Shown piece by piece: positions 50,489-55,420 of a stretch of 55,420 nucleotides of DNA. The notes under the pieces were generated by a model. It ran no database searches. It was given only the letters and a program-made list of their open reading frames with translations, and was not told the DNA's origin. This stretch comes from Candidatus Falkowbacteria bacterium (GTDB taxonomy: Bacteria > Patescibacteriota > Patescibacteriia > Patescibacteriales > UBA12465). Location of the stretch: NCBI GenBank assembly GCA_012800315.1, contig JAAZJO010000015.1, positions 1 to 55,420 of the forward strand, written 5' to 3'. Every line of letters begins with the position of its first letter. Within the stretch, counting starts at the first letter, position 1. The position numbers were made by a program, and so were the translations under genes.

Positions 50489-51811
50489 TCAATTATTACG
50501 AATCACTCTATAAACCATCTCTCGGCTCTCCTTAAATAAAAACAAACTTAGAGACATTAAAATATAAGAAATAAAAGTAGCCCAGGCTGCACCAACAATA
50601 CCAAAACGAGAAATCATAAAAAAATTAAGAATAATATTAGCAGTCATGGAAATAAAAGATGAAAATAGTACTATACGACGATAATTTTCAGCTATTAAAT
50701 AACTATTACATAAACTACCAATTGCCGTTCCAACATTAGACCAAATATATACTTGTAAAACAGCGATACTACCTAAAAAGGCTGGACCATAAAGAATTGA
50801 AACTATTGGCTTAGCCAAAACAGAGGTAATTACAGAAATAGTGATTGAAAAAAATAAAAGAAAAAGAAAAAGATAGCGCAAACGTTTAACATATTTAACA
50901 TCACTTTCCTTTTTGGCATTAATAATAGCCGGAAAGAGAGAACTAACAATAATGCCAGGAATAAAATACCAAACCTCCGTTAAACGAACAGCGGCATCAT
51001 AAAGACCAACTGCTGAAGCGTCTATCATATTCTTAATCATCACTTGATCAACACGAGCATAAATTGTAGCAAAAGCATTAGAAACTATTAATGGCCATGA
51101 ATCATGAAGTATTTTTTTAGCAACAGCACTATCGTAACGCCAAGCAAAAACACTTTCCTTTAATTTCTTTTTATATATATATAAATAAAGAACTGCATAA
51201 AGAATTGATTCTAAAAGAAGAATTAAAGCTAAATAAATAATTCCCTTGCCTAAAATAATGATAATAATTTTTAAAATATTTAAAGTAATAGAAATAATTA
51301 AAGAAATCAAAGAAGGATATTTAGATTGAACTCGAGCTTGAAATTCATAAATTATTATTTGAAAAGCATTAAAAATAAAAGTTGAGGCAATAATAAATAT
51401 CAAAATATTAGAAATCACATCTTTGTTGATCAAAAGCGTTGTAATACAACAAATAATCATGGTAACCAAGCCAGCTAAGACTCTCATTAAAAACGAAGAT
51501 CCAAGATAAGTTGAGCGCTTTTCCGGGTACTTTACCAAATCTCTAAATAAAATTTGATCAATTCCTAGTGTAGCGATAAAAGAAAATAAACCAACAAAAC
51601 TAACGGCATAACTTAATTGTCCATAATTTTCTGGCCCAAGACTTCTAGCGACAAAAATAGTAGTAACAAAAGATATGGCCAAACTTAAAATTCTAGCTAT
51701 CATCATCCACCCCGTGTTCTTAAAATATTTACGAAAACCACTGTGGCTCAATATCCATTGCCATTTCTTGGGAATAAAGCGATTAATTTTATCAAAAGTT
51801 GCGTCAATCAT
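50489..51811 (-). CDS. Wzx-type polysaccharide flippase
   Basis: KNT.W, AR.LGP..YG, D.VMI, VG.Y.AA.R, G..GAAWAT; about 12 TM. Confidence 0.93.
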   Translation of the reverse strand: MIDATFDKINRFIPKKWQWILSHSGFRKYFKNTGWMMIARILSLAISFVTTIFVARSLGPENYGQLSYAVSFVGLFSFIATLGIDQILFRDLVKYPEKRSTYLGSSFLMRVLAGLVTMIICCITTLLINKDVISNILIFIIASTFIFNAFQIIIYEFQARVQSKYPSLISLIISITLNILKIIIIILGKGIIYLALILLLESILYAVLYLYIYKKKLKESVFAWRYDSAVAKKILHDSWPLIVSNAFATIYARVDQVMIKNMIDASAVGLYDAAVRLTEVWYFIPGIIVSSLFPAIINAKKESDVKYVKRLRYLFLFLLFFSITISVITSVLAKPIVSILYGPAFLGSIAVLQVYIWSNVGTAIGSLCNSYLIAENYRRIVLFSSFISMTANIILNFFMISRFGIVGAAWATFISYILMSLSLFLFKESREMVYRVIRNN

Positions 51812-51832
51812 TTTAAATAAATAAAAAAGAGC

Positions 51833-52081
51833 TTACCACTCTTTTGTTTTTTCAATTACTTTATGTTTTAAATCTAAATAAGTTTTCGCAGTCTTTTCTT
51901 CCGCTTTAGGAGATACTAATTTTAAAATTTCCAATCCCAAAATCCGATATTGCTTCCCTACCTTATTAGCCTTAAGTAAGCCACTTTTTAGTAAGCGCTT
52001 CATTGTACTATTACTGATCTTTAATAATTTTTCAGTTTCACTAGTTGTATAAACAGCCTGCGGTTTTATTTCCTCCGTCAT
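51833..52081 (-). CDS. Small HTH_17 (Xis/BldC/MerR-like) DNA-binding protein
   Basis: YTT.E...LLKIS.ST..RL.K.G.LKA.KVG.QYRI plus a C-terminal helix. Confidence 0.88.
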   Translation of the reverse strand: MTEEIKPQAVYTTSETEKLLKISNSTMKRLLKSGLLKANKVGKQYRILGLEILKLVSPKAEEKTAKTYLDLKHKVIEKTKEW

Positions 52082-52089
52082 ATAAAAAC

Positions 52090-52140
52090 ATTATACTCTT
52101 ATCAAGAGAAAAGGGTCAATAGGTGTCTTTAAGTGCCAAA
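52090..52140 (-). promoter_or_regulatory. Promoter of the HTH-wzx cassette with candidate operator
   Basis: TTGACC (52119-52114), 18 bp, TATAAT (52095-52090); CTCTT-ATC-AAGAG in the spacer; three 10-bp direct repeats at 52111-52140. Confidence 0.65.
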
Positions 52141-53229
52141 TTAATGCTTATAAACCTCTAAATACCCCTTAATCATCCGTTCTAAAGCAAAAATCTCTTT
52201 ATTAGTTTTCACTAATTTAACATTTTTAATCAACTGTAAAAAATCAGCCTGATCATTTAATTGAAAACAATTTTCAATTCCCACAATTTCTTCATTGCCG
52301 CCCACTCTACTAGCTATAGCTGGGACACCAGCACTAATTGCTTCTATCAAACTAAGAGATAGTCCCTCAAAAATTGATGGCAAAACAAATAAATCAAATG
52401 CTTTTAAATATTTACTCGCCTCCATTATTTCCCCTGTCAAAATAATTTCATTCTCTAATTTATATAAAGAAATTAAATTTTCATACTTAACTCTTTCTGG
52501 TCCTTCGCCAATTAAAACTAATTTAGCTCCGGGCTTAATCTCTTTTAACGCCTGATGAGAATTAATTAAAAATTCATAATTCTTCGGATAGGCTAAGCGA
52601 CCAATAGAACCATAAACATAATCATCCTCATTTAACCCCAGCTCCCTTCGTGCCTCCTCACGATTTAAATAATAATCTGATCTTTGCTCTATGCCATTAT
52701 AAATTAAATGACTTTTTGCCTTTAAACCCTTAAGCAATCCTGAGTTATAAGCATAATCTAAATTTAATTTACTAACAAAAACAATATCAGCTAGTTTTTT
52801 AAAAGCTGCCCGAAAAAAAAGACGATATGCTTTTCTAAGCAATGCTGAAGACTTATGTTGTCTGTCTAATAATGATAGACCATGAACGGTGAATACTAAA
52901 CGTGGCCTTGTGTTCAAACTAGCCAGCCCCCAAGCACCCAACAAAGCATTAGTGCTATTTAAATGAACTACTTCAAATCCTTCTTTTAACACATATTGCC
53001 TTAATTCTGAAATAAACTTTAAAGTTTGTAGAGGATTATAGCTTCTAGTTAAATTATTGAAACGTTTAAAAGTAATTCCCAATTTATTCAATTCTTTAGG
53101 TAAATAATCGCCCGCTCCACCAGCTACCACAACCTCTTCTCCCGCCTCTTTTAAACCACGCGCTAAATTAAGCGCAAAAACTTGTGCTCCACCTATTTCT
53201 GATTTAGTTATAACTAAAAGAATTTTCAT
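52141..53229 (-). CDS. GT4 glycosyltransferase
   Basis: GGAQ, TVHG, IYNGI, IGRL..PKN, EGL....IEA...G.P.IAS.VGG..E. Confidence 0.92.
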   Translation of the reverse strand: MKILLVITKSEIGGAQVFALNLARGLKEAGEEVVVAGGAGDYLPKELNKLGITFKRFNNLTRSYNPLQTLKFISELRQYVLKEGFEVVHLNSTNALLGAWGLASLNTRPRLVFTVHGLSLLDRQHKSSALLRKAYRLFFRAAFKKLADIVFVSKLNLDYAYNSGLLKGLKAKSHLIYNGIEQRSDYYLNREEARRELGLNEDDYVYGSIGRLAYPKNYEFLINSHQALKEIKPGAKLVLIGEGPERVKYENLISLYKLENEIILTGEIMEASKYLKAFDLFVLPSIFEGLSLSLIEAISAGVPAIASRVGGNEEIVGIENCFQLNDQADFLQLIKNVKLVKTNKEIFALERMIKGYLEVYKH

Positions 53230-54686
53230 ATTATATTTTTTTCTTTAACAAACAAATAATTAAAAATATTTAATATTAAAAAATAAACTACCACTATAAA
53301 ATATATTGGCATTGAAAAATAAATCCAAATAATTAACGCCAACAAAAATTCAAACAAAAAGAGTTTAACTTTAAAACTTCTCACCTTCTTTAATTGAACC
53401 TTGTTACGTCTCTTTAGAAAATAAAAATAAATTTCTGAGGGAGCATCAAACAAAAAAAATGATAAAAATATATTTATAAAAATATTATTGTTAACCGAAT
53501 TTACTAGTACAAGTAACGGAACAGCTTTTCTAAAAATCTTTAAAAGAAAAAAAGTAACTATACGCAAATTATTTTTTATAAGAGAATGAATTATATATGC
53601 AACCAAACACAAACCCAAACATAAAATATAAATATTACTGCAATACCCTAAATTAAATAAAAACAATAATATAATGGCTGCAAAAATAATTCTAATAAAT
53701 AGAAATAACGCAAAATTAATTTTAATGCCACTTTTTATTCTTAATGTGCCATTGCCATCCTTTTCTTTATGAGCAAGTAAATCATTATATAAGCCCCCAA
53801 CTTCATAAACCGAATAAAATACAAGGAAAGATAGGGGAATAACAAAAAAATTACTCAACTCTTGATTAGTAAAGAAATAAACTATTAAGGTAAAGGGAAT
53901 TATTTCTTTAAGAAATAAATGATAAAAAAAACTAGAATGCCATCTACTAACCGCATAATAAATAACTGGAATATAGATCCATTTTACAGTTTTTTCATTT
54001 ATAGAGCCTACATCTTTATTTCTATATTCATAATTATTTAAATACAAAAAATTAAAATTATTATTATTCTCTTCTAGTAGCTTATTATTAGAATCATGAA
54101 CCACAAAATAACTTTTTCCAAAACTTTTCATAAAATTTAAATCCTCAATATTATCAGAATATACTGATGAGTAATTTAAATCATATAAAGATAATTCCAG
54201 CGCTTCCTCCTTCCCTCCTAATAAATCTTTTTTTAATTTGCCCGTATACCTTCCTTCTTTTTCCTCCAATTCAGATGAGACATATTCAATATTTAATATT
54301 TTAGCCAATTCTTTAATAGGGGGATTGATTGATGAGGACACTATCATTACCTTATCTTTATTTTTTTTCTCCTCATCAATCATTCTTATTATTTCTTCAT
54401 TTAAATACTCCCTGCTAATCACTTCAATATATTCTTTAGCCCTTTTTCCTACTAAATCTACAGAAAAATTCTTTAACAATCCAATGCTCCACTCACGTAT
54501 AATGTCTCGTTTTATTAATTTATAAATTTTTGTATAATTTATAATTATTGAAAATAATAAAAATATCTTAAAAATTATAAATCTAAAAAATTTATCTTTT
54601 TTTAAAACATAATTTATAAAATCAAACGTATTATTTGTTTTAGTTATTGTCCCACAAGCATCAAAAACAGCTATCTTTTTTTCCAT
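53226..54686 (-). CDS. HAD-IB phosphatase fused to a UbiA-like membrane domain
   Basis: VFDACGT, IVSSS, K, YSDN.ED in the N-terminal half; multi-TM C-terminal half with YEVGGLYND.....E....T.R. Confidence 0.75.
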   Translation of the reverse strand: MEKKIAVFDACGTITKTNNTFDFINYVLKKDKFFRFIIFKIFLLFSIIINYTKIYKLIKRDIIREWSIGLLKNFSVDLVGKRAKEYIEVISREYLNEEIIRMIDEEKKNKDKVMIVSSSINPPIKELAKILNIEYVSSELEEKEGRYTGKLKKDLLGGKEEALELSLYDLNYSSVYSDNIEDLNFMKSFGKSYFVVHDSNNKLLEENNNNFNFLYLNNYEYRNKDVGSINEKTVKWIYIPVIYYAVSRWHSSFFYHLFLKEIIPFTLIVYFFTNQELSNFFVIPLSFLVFYSVYEVGGLYNDLLAHKEKDGNGTLRIKSGIKINFALFLFIRIIFAAIILLFLFNLGYCSNIYILCLGLCLVAYIIHSLIKNNLRIVTFFLLKIFRKAVPLLVLVNSVNNNIFINIFLSFFLFDAPSEIYFYFLKRRNKVQLKKVRSFKVKLFLFEFLLALIIWIYFSMPIYFIVVVYFLILNIFNYLFVKEKNII

Positions 54687-54785
54687 TTTTTAACAATTAT
54701 AATAAAATGAAACCATCCTCTCTATTATCTTAAAAAATTTATCTAACATCTTATCTTAAATCTTTAGTAAACCCAGACTCCCCCC

Positions 54786-55420
54786 CTACTTCGCTGTCCA
54801 GCCGCCATCAATATATAAAACCTCGCCAGTCACATATTTTGATTCATCAGAAGCTAGATAAACAGTCGCAGCTGCAATATCCTCAACTTCACCGACCCGT
54901 CCCAAAGGGGTTGAGGAAATAATCATCTTATTAAATCGCTTAGCTCCTAGCGCATTTTTAGTCATGGCGGTAGTAATAAAACCTGGAGCAATCGCATTAA
55001 CACGGATATTAAAAGGTGCTAAATCAAGCGCACTAGCGCGTGTTAATTGAACCACACCACCCTTAGAGGCACAATAAGCAATAGAGCCCTGAAAACCAAC
55101 TTTGCCAAGAATAGAGCTCATATTAATAATTACCCCGCCCCGACCCTGTTTTTTCATTATTTTAGCGGCCGCCCGAGCACCATACATTGCCCCCGATAAA
55201 TTAATAGCCAAGGTTTGATTCCAATTCTCGTCTGTCACCTCTAAAACACCTCCTGTGCCACCAATTCCAGCATTATTAATAATAATGTCCAATCCGCCAA
55301 ATTTAGCCACAGTAGCGGCAATTAAGCTATTTACCTCCTCTGAATTAGCCACATTACACTTCATAAACATCGCCTTGCTACCAAACTTAGCCACCAATGA
55401 CTTATCACCATTAATGTCTG
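54786..55420 (-). CDS. Classical SDR oxidoreductase (FabG/glucose dehydrogenase-like), 5' end outside the window
   Basis: NNAG, NMSS, YCASK, VNAIAPG.I.T, DGG; the frame stays open to the window end and the TGxxxGIG motif is not yet reached. Confidence 0.92.
   Translation of the reverse strand, partial: DINGDKSLVAKFGSKAMFMKCNVANSEEVNSLIAATVAKFGGLDIIINNAGIGGTGGVLEVTDENWNQTLAINLSGAMYGARAAAKIMKKQGRGGVIINMSSILGKVGFQGSIAYCASKGGVVQLTRASALDLAPFNIRVNAIAPGFITTAMTKNALGAKRFNKMIISSTPLGRVGEVEDIAAATVYLASDESKYVTGEVLYIDGGWTAK

Noticed and set aside
51833-52081. Excisionase of a prophage or integrative element
   Set aside because: No integrase, att-like repeat, tRNA or phage gene in the window; a regulatory role fits better.
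1355-54525. Short antisense ORFs from the track (e.g. 17203-17694, 26824-27243, 35561-36061, 36925-37344)
   Set aside because: They lie opposite well-supported genes, have no recognisable motifs and mostly use non-ATG starts; shadow ORFs.
54780-54786. G7 run at the SDR stop codon as a phase-variable tract
   Set aside because: It lies at and after the stop codon, so slippage would not alter a protein, and it is not within a promoter spacer I could identify.
1-55420. Alternative genetic code (UGA read as Gly, as in Gracilibacteria/Absconditabacteria)
   Set aside because: Conserved genes are full length under code 11 and TGA terminates genes at ATGA/TGATG overlaps.
1-55420. tRNA, rRNA, riboswitch, T-box or CRISPR array
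   Set aside because: Intergenic gaps are short (under 200 bp) and AT-rich, with no cloverleaf, T-box or spaced-repeat pattern seen.

Overview
A gene-dense, AT-rich bacterial chromosome segment of about 50 CDSs, mostly on the minus strand, read with the standard genetic code. Gene content points to Patescibacteria/CPR, most likely Parcubacteria (inference): a reduced dcw cluster, AlaRS without C-Ala, short ProRS, frr directly next to rseP, two mreB paralogues and starts without Shine-Dalgarno motifs. The window holds (i) cell-wall, shape and translation housekeeping genes (alaS, murB/C/G, ftsW, mraY, mreBCD, a second mreB, proS, ruvA, U32/trhP-like, ileS, secA, hpf, rseP, frr, holB); (ii) three predicted exported proteins (S8 protease, Asp-box lipoprotein, 895-aa repeat protein); and (iii) many surface-glycan genes, including an initiating transferase-gmd-fcl operon converging on a more AT-rich Wzx/GT cassette with a GT11 fucosyltransferase. 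I found no tRNA, rRNA, CRISPR array or transposase. Best leads: a small BldC/Xis-like HTH gene heading the Wzx cassette, with three 10-bp-phased direct repeats and a spacer palindrome on its promoter; a PilB/GspE-like protein lacking nearly all catalytic motifs but coupled to a GT2-DUF2304-GT4-GT4 module; a HAD-UbiA-like fusion; a G8 tract in a glycosyltransferase; and a duplicated C-terminal module on the large surface protein. All calls come from motif recognition by eye, without database searches.
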